This document shows positions 27,291 through 41,888 of a DNA stretch of 58,596 nt, piece by piece (the first letter of the stretch is position 1; each line of letters starts with the position of its first letter). The stretch lies in contig CAXIUT010000243.1 of the NCBI GenBank assembly GCA_964035545.1, positions 1 to 58,596 on the forward strand, read 5' to 3'. The position numbers and the translations under genes were made by a program. The DNA is from Bugula neritina. Its lineage: Eukaryota; Animalia; Bryozoa. Under the pieces are notes generated by a model. That model was not told the DNA's origin and made no database searches. It worked only from the letters and a program-made list of their open reading frames with translations.

Positions 27291-27365
27291 GGGGTTGGGG
27301 TTGGGGTTGGGGTTGGGGTTGGGGTTGGGGTTGGGGTTGGGGTTGGGGTTGGGGTTGGGGTTGGG
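27291..27365 (+). repeat. Internal (GGGGTT)n telomere tract in right-end orientation
   Basis: 75-nt perfect array, similar in length to the terminal arrays (77 and 69 nt). Confidence 0.97.
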
Positions 27366-28682
27366 AATCTGCCCTTATGAAGTACAGGATTATAGTAGAA
27401 TCACAATGGCTTCTCCATATGCTCGAAAAAGGAATCATCAAAGAATAGCCTTCTGCTCCTATATCAATAATTAAACCTCAGCTAGATTGTTTAGTAAATA
27501 ATTTTAATTTGGCTTCAGCATAACAAGTCAAAAAAATTGAAGCAACAACCAATCACGATCTCAAATCCGTTGAATACTACATTAAAAAACAACATATAAC
27601 ACTACAAATAATCTATTCACTTCTGCTGTACGAGCTAAGATATCAATAATCTCTCATATGCACTTATGCTAAAATAATCTCTAAATTCTATTGTTATTCC
27701 TAAAACAAATAAAGTACTCAATACTCTTATCGATGCCAGTCAAAGATGGGCTAAATATCCCATGTTAGCACATACTCATGGACAACCAGCCTCTCCCACA
27801 ACTCTTGGCAAATAGTATGCCAACTTTTCATACCGATTAGCCAAACAAGTACTCAGACTCAAGTAAACACAGATATAAGGTAAATTCAATGGCGCAGTAG
27901 GCAACTACAATGCTCACTACTTTGTCTATCCAGATCACAATTGGAGATAAATATCTCAATCATTTGTATAGTAAAGATTAGGTCTAACTTTCAATCCCTA
28001 CACAACTCAAATATAACCTCATGATAGTCTATGTAGAGCTTTTACTTAGATTGGAGCCTTCAATACTATTCTTTTAGGTTTGTGTAGAGATACATGGTAA
28101 TATATATCGAAAGGCTACATGCAACAAAGAACAAAATAAGGAGAAGTAGGTTCAAGTACAATGCCTCATAAAGTAAATCCAATAGATTTTTAAAACTGCT
28201 AAGGAAATCTAGGTGTAGCCAATTCTTTGATAGATCATTTTAGAAATAAACTACCCATCAGCAGACAACAAAGAGATCTCTCTGATTCTACTGTACTTAG
28301 AAATCAAGGCACTATCCTTGGATATTCATTAATAGCATATGACAGTTTGACTAAAGGTTTAGGAAAAGTAGATGCCAATCATCAGTTTATGAGATAGGAA
28401 TTGAGACAACATTTGGAAGTGATCACTTAAGCCATTCAAACATAATTGAGAAAAGTTTAATATCCTGAACCATATTAACTATTGAAGAAATTAAGTAGAG
28501 GAAAACAATTTGATTAGTAAGTTCGTAACAATTTACTCAAATAACTAAAAGGTAAAATACCTGACTAATCTCTATCTAAAATAAAATAAATAACAGCTTA
28601 AAATTACTTGGGTTAGGCTGTTAATCTTGCTCTTTAAATAGGAAATATTTGTTAAAAAATGTTTAAAAATGACATAAAATGA
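27365..28682 (+). CDS. purB: Adenylosuccinate lyase (PurB type), 5'-truncated at the telomere tract
   Basis: ESALMKYRIIVE; TTNHDLKSVEY; IHFCCTSEDINN; HTHGQPASPTTLGKE; GKFNGAVGNYNAH; TTQIEPHD; signature [37 protein letters not shown]. The usual N-terminal SPxDGRY segment is missing, and there is a frame break at A6 27584-27589. Confidence 0.93.
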
Positions 28683-28768
28683 TATAAAAAATGATATTGT
28701 AAATTGATATTTGAATTAATATTAGTTGATATAATATTCAATTAATTTGAGAATTACAATCATTTGTT

Positions 28769-31700
28769 ATGTCAGAACCCGCCAAACAATCTCTCTTCTC
28801 TCCAGTCTAAAACAACAAATAAACCAACAAACAGCCTCCTATGCCCCCTCCTAAAGTTCCAAACAACCTACTAGGAGTGCCATCAAAATAAACTTAAATG
28901 CTTAAAAGTGTGACAGTGCCAAGTACTTTAGGCAGCAAAAAGACAGGCACATTCAATATGTCCTAACAAAAAAAATAAAACAAACTAGAACAATCACAAT
29001 TACTAAATAGTCCTTCATCAACTACTAAAGTAGATAAATAACCAGATACAATAGCAAAATCAAGAATCGCATAAATAAATCCACAATAAATGAGCAAAAA
29101 ACCATAATAGATCAAAAGATAGCCAAAAGATTTATAAATTTTAATGCAAAAGATGTTTTTTAGTGAAAAGATAAAAAATAATGAAGAAATCAAGGATAAA
29201 TAAATATAATATTTTGTTAAAATATTTGCATAAATGACTTCAACATAAACTAAATGTAAATAACATTTAAAAAAACTATCAACTCCTTAAGGGAAAAATA
29301 AAGTGTTAAAAATAAGATATTTTGCCAACTAAAACGACTAAAATATTAAACAATAAATATATTCAGATATAATAAAAGTTGTTGAAGAAATAATAAAAAG
29401 GTGTGGATATCTAAGAGTTTAATATTGTCTTAAATTAATCTAATAATATATTTCTATCAATTAATCTACTTTCTACAATGGTAAAATTATCTACAAAGCT
29501 TTCAAGTAACCTGATACTCTCTTTGAAAATTCTCAAATATTTGCTAAAATGGTTAGATAAATCGTCTACTTGCAACAAAATATCTTTTTGGCCTTCTAGA
29601 CCTCTCTTGATCTGCTGTATAAAAAAAAATTAGATCAATAAAGCAATCCTTTTATGGAAAAAATAGTTAAATTTGATACTTTAAGTGCTAATCTTGGTAT
29701 GGGCATCTGGAAATGTTTCTAAAATGTAGCATAAGCCTAACTATCTCAAGAAAAACGGTCAAAAAACGTTAAATACAGTTTTTAAATCAACATTCTTAGC
29801 AACTGTCTCAACTTGGTATACAACCTAAATCGTTCATTCTTCACTATTTAAAACACTAAAAAGCAAATCCTCCCCATCATATCAACTATAATACCAAAAC
29901 TATAAACAGACGACACTGTTTCCCTATCAGCAATCGATAGCCTGGTTCTCAACCTCCTCCTGAAGCATCCATTTAGCATCTCAACCATTGGAGCCAATTC
30001 ATAGATCAAACAACTCTTTCGCTATCAAGGAATGGCCTCAAGATACTAATATATTCAATTATTATTCACTAACTTGGATTTAAGTATTATACCGCCTTTA
30101 CAAGGAATCCAATAAGCTCTATTTTTATAAAATTACATAAAACTAAATGACCAAATCTCAACCTACTAGCCGTAGAAACATAAATTCATCTTCAATTCCA
30201 TCTGCTCCATCTTCACTCTTCCGGCATCCTACCTTAAAATAAAAAGAAACACCTATCCACATATCTACAGATACATCGACTTCACCACCTAATCGATCAT
30301 GGATGATCAAAATGAATCTTTTAGACAACATTAATACAATAGCAATCAATAAATTCTAAAATGTCTACCCATTTGCCGTCTAACAAAGCTGATCTCATCA
30401 ACCTGTCTATCTTCTAACGAACAACTCAGTGCCCTTCGATTCAGATAGCTGATAAAAAACGATAACTAAGTTGTTAGTATGTTATTCAGAAAGAGTCTAG
30501 AAGTAATCAGTTCTAATTATATGAGTTAGTAATAGCTATAAATATACGATCTTAGTACAGAATATGTTTATTAGTTCTTTTTGAGACTAATAATATCAAA
30601 CGGATGTTACTTCTAATCAAAATAGCATTTGATAAGACAATACTTCCATTCCATGTAGCAGTTCTATGTAGCCCTCTTCACCTCACACATCTTGAAATAC
30701 ATCAATACAGCCAATTATCTACATCTGAATCTACTTGCACTGTCATCCATGATAGAATCATCAGGATGTTTTAGCATATGCCAGTAGATAATATAATAGA
30801 TATCAAAATGGAACAATCAAACTATAGATGTCATCGACTGGTAATACAAATAATCAACTAAAAATAAATTATAATTTGCTGTTTAAATGATCCTCAACTT
30901 CAAATAAAACAAATTCAGTTCACTCACTGCTGCCAACCATCTTCTGTTGACCATTTTGCATAACAACCCTTATTTTTTATAAAACTAATTTATCAAAACA
31001 ATCACTTACCTAATAAAAAAAACAGTAGACAGCTATCATAGTTCAGTCCTATAACCATACGCAAAAACACTAATCCACACCTTAAACTTCCTATACAAAC
31101 ATCCCTCATCACTGAGGATAGTATAACCATACTTCAACTTCAAATTTATAACAATATATCTCACAAATATCCTCTCTTTTGAACAAGTAAATGAGACTCC
31201 TAAAATAATAAATAAATATATGCGGGGAAGAAGGTATGGGTAGATAAGTACAGCCGTTAGATTAATAAAATATATGACTTTGAACTATTTGGAATAAAAA
31301 GATGATGGAAAATAAAGAATACCTTTATAAGTTAAAAGATTAATATAGATGGAAAATAGAGGAGGTAGCTTTCAACTCGTATTCAAAAAATAAGCCACTT
31401 CCTATACTGTAGGACTACTCATTATACTACTCAGCAGATAGTTCAATCTAGATTAAAAACTAAGACTACAACACACAAAACTAAAATAATAAATATACCA
31501 AGTACTAACCAATCTAAATATCATAAACACAAAACTACAACACGACCCCACCCTAAAGATCCATCATCTCTACAACCGCCATCTCTAGATCTAACTGAAC
31601 GACAACTTAAAACTAAAATAGCATACTCTATAGCAGATAAAATACAACCCATCCCACCAAAACCTATAATATCTCATGAGTTGGAACGAATACAGGCCAT

Positions 31701-33853
31701 ATCTTAAGAAATAACTCTTTTATAAATTAAAAAATAAATAACTATCACTAGACACCCTCAAAACTAAAACACATTTCATAAATATCTTCTGGATGAACTA
31801 TCATAACAAACACATCAAAATGAATATCTAAGAGTGCTGGAGCTATACCGATTGGTACATGAAATCCATAGATTTTGCCATCTTAAGTCTAGATCTCTAA
31901 GACAGCTACTAAGTAGTTGAAGATGTGTTTAGAAATTTGGTTAAATTGAGTATCAATATCAAAAAAACATGCATTAAAACCTATCTTAAGTTTATTATCA
32001 ACTATTATTATATATTCTTTTAGTTTGGGTTATACAAAAATATCAAATAAACATCCAACTTCTGGTAATACTACTAATAAGCCATCCTTTACTTTTTCAA
32101 GATAAAATCAATAGTAAGTAGATAATAATTTTCCTTAATGATAAAATAATAAAAAATAGCAAAAACACTCAAACTCTTCCTCATCACCATCATCAACTAA
32201 ATATAAAAAATAAAAAGAACCAAACATTCAGAACTAGCACTCTAAATAGTTGTTTAACATGGCATCTGTCTATTGATTGATCTCAGTTCTAATCAACCCG
32301 TACAACTCAACAACTGGCTAGAATAAATCTTAATAGATTTTATGAATTCTAATATAGAAGGTTAAAATATGACAACAAACTAGATCATTATTGTGATTTT
32401 ATTGCATTCTAAATTAGACAGATAGTTGCCTCATAACTACCTCACCTATTCCAATCCTAATTGGTACCTTCTGTCGAATATAATATAAACCAGTAGCACT
32501 CTTTCTTAACTTCTTTTATACTCTCTACCTTAATCCTATGAAGGACACGCAGTCTTCTTCATCAGTTTGTGTCACTACTTCCTCTCAGCAACCAAAAATA
32601 ACCAGCTAGCCCTCATCTAAAACAAACACCCAAAATTGAAAAAGAATTATATCGAAGTCTTGAATACGTTATTACATAAAGCCATTAAAGACAACAGATC
32701 GTATCATGTTATTTGGATAGTTGAACTTTTATCATAGTTAGTTAGCAACTAAAATTTATAATTAAAATAAAATGTATTTTTTGATATAAAAAATATGATC
32801 TTTTCAAGTTCTGTTCTACATATGAGAATCACAACGCTTATGAACCAACTTGGAGTCAAAGTAGGTTTCAACATGAAATAAACTCTAGGATGCTGGAATA
32901 GCAATCATAATTAGACTAACAGCATAACAATGGCTGCAAAACAGGAACTACTTGCCTTGTTGAGATTACTAACTCTTATTTCATTTAATGGAAATTACCA
33001 AGACATAAATACTTTTAGCCAATCAATACAAGATAACAACAACCCATCTCTAGAACAAGTATAAACATCAATACTATACTCAATGTTGAGCATTGTCCCT
33101 CTTTTATAAAAAATAATAAACCACAAATAAAGCACATTGATAGCAACCACATAAACATAACAAATCATCAACAAAATATCACTTGACACTCTCTACAACA
33201 AAAACATCAACTCAAGTGGTGTCAACTAAATCTCAAAAATGTAAATCCACGAGATCTGGCCCAGAGACACCTCAGCGCTCGACCTCTTCAACGAAATAAC
33301 CAACTACGAACTCATCCACATCTGCTCTCTGTGGATCAGTCGCATAGTATAAACCAACACCCGACACCCTCTCAACCCCATCATCCACAAATACTAGTCT
33401 CTAGATAAAATGCTCAACCACTTGGTGATGTTGATGGTCGAGATAAGTTCAAAGTTATAGAATTATGACACTTTATAAAAAGTAATAAAACCTTTGTTTT
33501 AAAAATATGATAAAAATATTTATCATTCGCTAATAATAAGCAAATAAATGTTATTTACCAACTGTAATACACTCAACTCATGCATTGATTTTACTTTTGA
33601 TGAAGTAGTATAAAAATTAACTCAAACCACTTTCACCTTATATAAAACACTTGATAGGGTATTCAAAGAGTTAGAACATGCTTATATTAGAGTTAAATCA
33701 GCATCTACTTTTAACCAGAAAGTTAGAAATTTACAACCAATTTCAAAAAGATTAATGTCCCAAGATTAGGCCTTTAGCATCAGTGATAAAACAACTATGA
33801 AAAATAGAAGCTAGTTTTTCAGTAATAATCGAACCAGAACCATCCACTACTGA
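28769..33853 (+). CDS. Large hypothetical protein (~1694 aa): low-complexity N-terminus, then probably helical
   Basis: ATG 28769 and TGA 33851-33853 are in frame; spot checks at ~30.4, 31.2, 32.2 and 32.6 kb read as protein in that frame. No family recognised. Confidence 0.6.
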
Positions 33854-33981
33854 TACAATTAGCAATCGCATCTATTATTTATATTTAATTTATATCATTT
33901 TATATTAATCAATTCAAACATTTTATATTATTAATTCAAATGAGATCAAACATATTAATATAAAGATAGTTATAATAAGAA

Positions 33982-35299
33982 ATGTCAACGGTTTATAACG
34001 AATTCAGTCTAACAAACTACACCAATCATCGGTACCCCATAAATAACAAAGCCAACTATAATTCTAATTAGTAAAACAACAAGACTAAAACCAAACACTC
34101 CATCTCAAATTATAAAATATATAAAAACTATACAAAAATACCATCCTCCACTATCAATAACAATAACAACAATACAAATTATAAAATCATCAACTACAAA
34201 ACAACATTCAACATAAATAAAATACCATAGAACAAATCGTTCATGCTGTCTAAAAAATTAACAATTAGCTAGATAGCTTTGATAGAATGGGCATCGATCT
34301 TGGACTATCTAAATAATATCAATCTAGCTAAATGGACAATCAAGTGGTATCTTAGTTGTAAAATATATGGAATTGTATATTGATACTTAGTAATAAAAAT
34401 AGTGATCTTTTATTGAAATACGAGAGATAGAGATAGGTCTAGAAAGGTAGTGAAATGTTATACAAAAAGCTATAAAAATAGTTGAAGAATTAGATAGACT
34501 ATTTATCATAATAACTAACAAAATCATAAAAAATAAACTAATCATTAATAAACGAACTCAATCTCCTGAGAAGAGAATACAACGACCACAAAATCCATTA
34601 TTATGAATTATAACGTCAATAAAAACAACCAACTGACAACGAAATCATCGAAGACAATGATTTTACAGTTGATTTACTACACTACCAGAAATAACTATTA
34701 TAAAAGATATTTATAAGGTTGGTATAAAGTATATAAAACGAGAAAACTAATCGTATGCTAGAATAGCTATTTAGTAGTTACTAGAGTATCAGTTAGGTTT
34801 TTAGATAAAAATTACAAATTTAATATGATTTGTAAGATTTGTAAAAATAGTATAAAAAAGATAAAAATAGCAATATCAATTAAAAATTGTTAATCTAGCT
34901 GAGAAAACAAATAGAAGAGTTTAGAAATTAATTGCATAAACAAAAAGATACCCTAGGTATTTATCATCTTATGTAGCTAAAGAATAAATAGGATTATAAG
35001 AAATGTTTTTGTCTTTGAAAGCTTGTTAAAAAGAACAAGAACAAGTTAGAAATTATACAGTTGATATTCAAAAACAACTCAAAAATATTAATACTCAAAA
35101 ATAAACTATCAAATAAACTAAAATCAACAGATAAATCAAAAGAAATTCAGAAGATAGTTCAATAATTAGATAAAGCAGTCAAATTCGATTCAAAGTATCA
35201 AGAAATGGATAAGAAATGATAAAAGAAGTCGTCATGAAAGATAGGTAAAATATTTAGAAAATGTTCAAATAAACTCGATAAAAATACATGCACAACTGA
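33982..35299 (+). CDS. Hypothetical coiled-coil protein
   Basis: E/K-rich coding-like sequence; the frame changes internally, so the gene structure is uncertain. Confidence 0.45.
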
Positions 35300-35404
35300 T
35301 ATTTTCATTATTATTGAAATAATTATAAATTACGATAAAGATAATAAATAATATTAAAAACTAATCAATCATAATGATTATTAGTTAGTCAAGATAATGA
35401 ACAA

Positions 35405-38400
35405 TCAGTTGATTCTATACTCCTATCCGTTACTCATATCAACCATAAAGATAATACACCCATTATACTGACTTTCCATTCTATTTTGATAAGAAGCCAC
35501 ATCGTGTCCCAATATAATCTTCCTCTCAATATTATCATCTTTATTGTACTCATCTTCATCATTCACTTCTCTGACTTTATCCGCCGGCATAACATACATC
35601 TGGAAAGGACCTGCACTATGCTTCACTATATACTCTATTGTATCAGGCTACAACTCCTCTTCCTACAACTACACCTACTTCTACACCTACTTCTTAGAAA
35701 TGTATTGGATATTCTATCGACTTCGAGGTGATTCCTGTCTGATCTAGGTAAATCTCTGCATCTAGATACTCTTTGGACTGTTATTTATACTTCTGTACTC
35801 TGTTATCGATTTATGAGAAGTGTTCAACTGGTTATTGTTGTTAGTAGTTCTCACCTATTGCTTGTAAGATGATACATATTTATTTGCTTGACCTTAAATA
35901 TGCTTTTCACTCTCTTTTGAGTCCATTGGCTTTGTTGCCTTGCTCTGAAGAAGAAGAATGTTGCTGTTGGATGCGATTGGAGCTTTTACATCTGCTGACC
36001 TGCGATTGTCTTCTACTGTTCTCTCTATTCTGTGTGTGTTAGTTGTGTAAAGGTTGTTTTGTGGGCTTTGTGGACTTTGAATATTTAGGGTGTTATTTGG
36101 AGGATTGTACATTCTAGTGACTCCTTGTCCTTGTCCATGAGATTATCTGATGTTCTGAACAACAACATTCTGACCTATATTTTGATTTAGCCCTTGAACA
36201 TCACTTTGCCTGATAGTTTGGACAACATTCTATCCTATTCTTTGGCCTTGTCCCTGTCCTAGATATTGTCCATGTCCTACACTTTGATTGATATTTTGGA
36301 TTATTCCCTGTCCAATAGCCTGTCCAACATTATTTCCTCTACTATTTCCTAATCCACTTCTAAAATGATTTCCAACAATTTGTCTAATTTGATCTTAGCT
36401 TTTATTAACTTTTCTCAAAAGCTAATCTTAATTTTGTCTTTTGATAATATTAAATTAATTCTAGCTGACAGTTTTTCTGTTAGAACTATTTCCATTATCA
36501 ACAAGTAGCACTTGCCCTCCACCCATATTTTGCACATTATAATCTCTACTATTCAAATTAACTCTATTATTAAAACTATCCAAAAATGCCCTCAAATAAT
36601 CTTCCTAGCTAAACTTCTAGATCTTACGGCTACCAGTATTGTACATCCTCACCAGATCTCCATCCTCACCGATATTTATATACTCGCTATCTCCAGTCTT
36701 TATCTTCCTGTTCTTCTCAAAGACCACATTATTGTTCCTTATCTCAGGAGATATCTCGCCCTAACTATACACAACTGTCTAACCAATATTAGGCTTGTTT
36801 ATTATCAATGCACGCTATGATTACTATATACTTCGCATCGATGTTGTTAACTCATTGGGATTGACCACTTTTGTCTACTTTGTTCGAAGGTTTCTCAGTA
36901 TTATTCTGTTGTTTTCATCCTCGCCTACCTTCTAATACTACTATCCATTCAAATTATAACGATGAATTACCATCACCTATGTATCTTTTTATGATGGCCT
37001 AAAAGGCAAAAAAGGTTGTGACTTCTCAGGACTACTAGGTTGCTAACTAATTATCACTTGCCTTGGTTAGTTATTCACTCGATATATGTTATTCTAGGAC
37101 TAAATAGAAGTTTGACTTGGCCTGATGTTAGGTTTAGGATAATATTATTGCTATTTACTCGAAATTACATGAATAGCAGCTGGTGATGGTGGCTCAACAT
37201 GCTGGGTAGGCGGGCCTCTATACATAAGCACAAGTCTTCCTTCAGGATCGGTTATTTATCCACTATCGTTAACATACACTCTTGGATATCCTGATATGAA
37301 TTTTCCCTGTTCCTAGTCGAATTCATAAGGTCTTTGTGCATTTTCAGACACATACAGATAATTTCCATTATTTTGAACACGATTGAATAATATTCTATCA
37401 CGACTATCCTCATCACCATTTTGTTCTCTTCTAATATACAATCTATTTTAAGAATCAATAGGATCTTCTTCTTCAGGTCGATTGTTATCCATCTGATCAT
37501 GATGTCCGAAATTACTAGCTATATTAGTTCCAGCTCTCTTAGTCATCAATTTTGATTTATTTGTCCTTTCTCGCATCGACTTCAACCTCTAAGCCTACTG
37601 ATTATCATTATTATTTAATTTCCTATCAGCTAAATTTTATATTACTGGTCTATCCTTACAAAAATAGGAATAAATATTGAAACTAGTAAACCAAACCAAG
37701 TATAAACTAGCTATCAAACTAAGAACTACCAAAGCATAAAGAAAACCTATACCCAAATAACCCAATCCTTACATTCCACATGGTGTAGTCGATACAGTCG
37801 AGCCCAAAGCAGCCAATAAGAACAAGAAAGCCAGAAGTAATACTGAAAACAAGACAAAGAATATTTTAATGATTGTGCTATCAAATTGGCTATTAACTAA
37901 GGCAAAGAAACCAAAAAGAGTGGTAATAAGGATCAAACCTGTTAGTTGCCATGCAAAATTGTTATAGAAGAATGAGGTAAAAAATCCATAAAAAATAGCC
38001 AAATAGAAGACAGAAGCAGCAAATCCATATGATACAGTTTTATCTGATTTTTGAGTCCATAAAGGATCAGTATGAAAACCTCTATTATTACTTAAAGGCT
38101 ACGATGCCAACATCTGCTTGAATACTAGTATCAACTGACTCCCAGAATTAAATTTTGTCTACTTATTGGTCTATTTGTAATAGATATAGGCCAATAACAA
38201 CAAAGGAATCGAACAAGTCAAAAAGAAAGCCAAATATGACATAGCAGTATTGAAAATAGGATACGATTAATTAAATTTAGTATCATTAAGTTGAGCAAAG
38301 AAGAAGAAGCTGACAGGTAAAGCCTGCACCAAAGTATATGCTCCAATCAGTAGAGGTAGTCTTGGTTGTAAATATTAACTGATAATCGGAATATCTTTTT

Positions 38401-41174
38401 TCAAGCATTTATTCATGAGCATATTGAAGCCAACTATCAACAGGTAGAGAATGAATGCCAAGAAAGGAACAAAGAAGAACTGAAAACAATTTTTCATGAA
38501 ATCAATTCCTCTATCGAATCGATTGAAAGCAGGTATATTTCTATATATTTATTTATGATTGACTACATCATTATCCAGATTTCTTCTTTGAGGGTTATAC
38601 AAAATAGATGGATTTCTAAAATCTTAAAAACTAGCCAAGAAAAGATTCAAATTAAGTGGTCTTTGAGCATCTATGTAATTAAGACTCATTATAAATTGAA
38701 GAGTGTACATTAAAGGCATAAACATCCACCCAAAACCAATAAACAAAGGATACTTACCCAGTCCCCACAAAACCTGAACGATTATTGAATTACTATCATA
38801 CAAACTATTAGCATTATTCACATCACTAGCTATATTACATACGTATATCGATATTGGAGCAGAGACAGCCACCACCTGGCTAGCAGTCTAGTTCGATCTC
38901 ACCAACCCAGGATTCTTTAAAGTTAAAGTAGCTGTCTAGTCATAGTATGAACGATCCAGAGCAGCACTCATAAAGAACTGAGTACCTGCTGAATTCGCTT
39001 GATTAGCTGTCATTTTATATGGAATTACATCATCACCTATCTTCAATTATAGATTTCTGGATAAAGCATCGACATAGTTCTGATTGGCTACTGGCCTATC
39101 AACTGATATATTGACTTTTCCATAGGGAATACCATATTGATCTGTATACTGAACAGTTCTCCCTGTCCTTCTTTGCTCTCTATAATACGCCAAATAGTAA
39201 TAATATTGCTAGCTCAATCCCAAATATGAGCCGTTGATATGCTGTATTTTTACCTGAGAAAAATCAAATGACTGTTGAGCACTTTGAGCACCTTCACTCT
39301 AGTTGAGAAGTAAAGCTACTATTGGAACATTTGGAGTCACTTGTTGAACACTTGAGGCTGAATATCCTGATAGAGCTGCATCTCCATCATCATAATAGAA
39401 TTGAGATGACTGACTATCAGATTGACTTTGCTGGCTACTTGACTATTCAAAGCTATAGCCAGTTTAGTTTTAGAAATAATAAAATCTCACATCAGATTGT
39501 GAGAAGGTAAGAGTATAGTTGATAACGCTTTAACTAGTTTAATATTCCCAATCAAATCCTAATCGTCCTTCTTGATCAAAAAGAGAGCTACTAGAAGCAA
39601 GACAAGCTCCAGCCTAGTAAGCCTGATTGCTATTACAGACAGTAAAACATTGTCCATCAGTCAAATAGGTATCAAGATCACAAGCAAGGCAAAAAGTCTA
39701 ATTAAGACATAACAAACAATTAACAGAACATTACAAACAAGGTACAGTGTTATTATATTGTTGAGTTTCATTAACAATAATATAATTAGGATAAAATCCT
39801 AATGTACACTAGCATATTGATAGCACTGAATTTAAGATCATATTCATAGATTTATGACAGGTCAAACACACCTCATTACGAGAGACACAAGTCTCACAAG
39901 GAAAACAACTCTAACACAGAGAGCTGTTCTGAAAAGGATCGAAATATCCAGAAGAACATTCGCATAACTTATTATTTTAGTTTAGTTATCGAGTTACGTT
40001 ACAGGTATCGCAAATCGACGATGAGGTAGAACAAGTTAAACAAGAATAATGGCAAAATTGACATATACCATTAAGAATAAAATTAGGTCTTGGACTTGTT
40101 GTACAGTCACTGTTGTTACAATTGTTACCAGGAAGAGTACATTTTAGACTCTGATACTGGATGTAGTCGTAGTTAGCAAAAGAAACAAAAGTCAACTTCC
40201 AAGTCTCAGAATTAAGAACAAATTGGTTGACATTCGAGTTATCGAAAAAGGTAGGATAAGCCGATATAGATATACTGGCACCTCTCGAACAATCAATTCC
40301 AGATATTCCATAAAATATAACACTATTCTAAAAATCTCCATTCTCTGGCAGAGGCAACAGAGTCTCAGCTTGCGTTGAAGGAGAAGAAGTCCCTCCGAAT
40401 TGGTTGAACTGAGCCACTCCAGAATTCATCAAGTACCTGGCCCATCCATTTTGATTTTCCATCAATGTAACATCGAAATAAACAATAGTGTATTCTACTT
40501 GTGCAATAGTTATATCTCCGAACATACTTTGTACTTGCACTTTAATCGTATAGAAAGGAAGTTCTTCTTTGGTGGCAAACATGTTGAAAAACGTACGATT
40601 GACTGCATATCCATTAAGAGTCAACTCTGAAGTAGCACTGATACCAGTTAGATACACTGACACCCGAATATCCTTGACAACGCTTGCAGTTGATATGATT
40701 TATTTGTAGTTGAACCTGAAACTTTGCTAATTATTTTGAAGACGACGATTCAACTGATCAGTAACTAAATTATCCAAGAGATACTTAAAGGCGGTGGCAT
40801 AAAAATACCCAAGAAGTTATGATCAGTTGCCATATAGATCAAATACAGTCTGTTATTTTGATTGACATTGATGGTGCTTACCTGTAAAACAGTAGATGTG
40901 ATAGTTGTAGCATTTGTCACCTTACAACTAAAGGTCGGACTATACTCGAAGTCCATAGTATAGACTGCTAGTCCTATTCGAGGAATGCTGGAAAAAGAAC
41001 GTTGGAATGATAGACTAAATGATGCAGTTGAGGTATTGAACACCATAGCATTAGAGGTTCCAAATGCTATACGTTCTAGATAAAGGTTAAAGTACTTGTT
41101 TAGATGATACCTGAAACTTGCTGGGCATTTATGGAAGCCAAAAGAAGAAGGAGAATAACCGTCGGTAGAAACAT
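35405..41174 (-). CDS. Large secretory multi-pass membrane protein (~1909 aa): signal peptide, beta-rich ectodomain, furin-like Cys-rich repeats, TM bundle, long Q/G/N-rich tail
   Basis: Signal MFLPTVILLLLLASINAQ; Cys repeats such as CHYSCLTCS and CFPCETC; hydrophobic helices at ~37.6-38.9 kb. Six supplied ORF fragments (35423-40663) share one frame, and two 20-nt introns link the 5' exons exactly. Confidence 0.8.
40765..40784 (-). other. 20-nt spliceosomal intron
   Basis: GTATCTCTTGGATAATTTAG; joins the frames of ORFs 40765-41046 and 40328-40663. Confidence 0.8.
41076..41095 (-). other. 20-nt spliceosomal intron
   Basis: GTACTTTAACCTTTATCTAG; joins the signal-peptide exon to the next frame. 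Confidence 0.8.
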
Positions 41175-41288
41175 AATTTAAATATAAATATATACTGACT
41201 ATTAGAAGTCGTTATTTATTGCAGCTATAGATACTTATACTCTCTCTTTAATATCGATTAATCAATTAAACAACACATCTTTTAACTA

Positions 41289-41888
41289 TCATACAGGGTC
41301 ATCAACTGAAAAATTTCCACCAGCTTCTTATAGCTGCTCATTTATCAAATATTCTTCCTCCTATTCTTAAGTAACCCAGCTCTAATCATCATCTTCTTCT
41401 TCTTATTCTGGTTTAGCTTATTTATTTTTGATAGAAAAAAAAGGAATCTATGATTTTTGTGTTTTTTTAGGATTGTCGATATATCTTTATGCCAGAACTT
41501 GCTTAATTTATTCAGGCATATACTGAGCATTTACTTTTACATTTTCCAAATTATTATAAAAAGGTGACAGATCTTCATTGTAATATTGTTCAAACATGCC
41601 ATCATCTTATGAGTCCTCTTCCTACTCATCTTCCCCATAAGGTCTCCACTACTATTGAGGTATTCCTCCCTAATATTAGTATTCTTATTAATCAAAATCA
41701 TGCTATTTTTATTGCAAATGATGATTTTTCATAAATTGTTGAAGTGTTTGAGGAATATAAGTTCTTATCAATTTTTGATGAATAACTAGCTATCCATCTT
41801 TAGTATCATAGGGGTGTTTACATTGTACTTTTTTATTTTTGTATGATCCAAATAGCACAGTCTAAGCATCTAAATAATTTGACTCCAT
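41289..41888 (-). CDS. Small acidic hypothetical protein
   Basis: D/E-rich frame (WRPYGEDEEEEDSEDDGMFEQY...) ending at TGA. The start requires a 1-nt correction at 41772-41776. Confidence 0.45.

Noticed and set aside
27197-27448. Supplied ORFs with (GW)n and (QP)n repeats
   Set aside because: These are translations of the telomere tract. Only the part after 27365 on the plus strand is real coding sequence (PurB).
27200-27450. Tetrahymena-type chromosome breakage sequence near the telomere tracts
   Set aside because: No AAACCAACC core seen by eye near any tract; such signals are normally lost during macronuclear processing.
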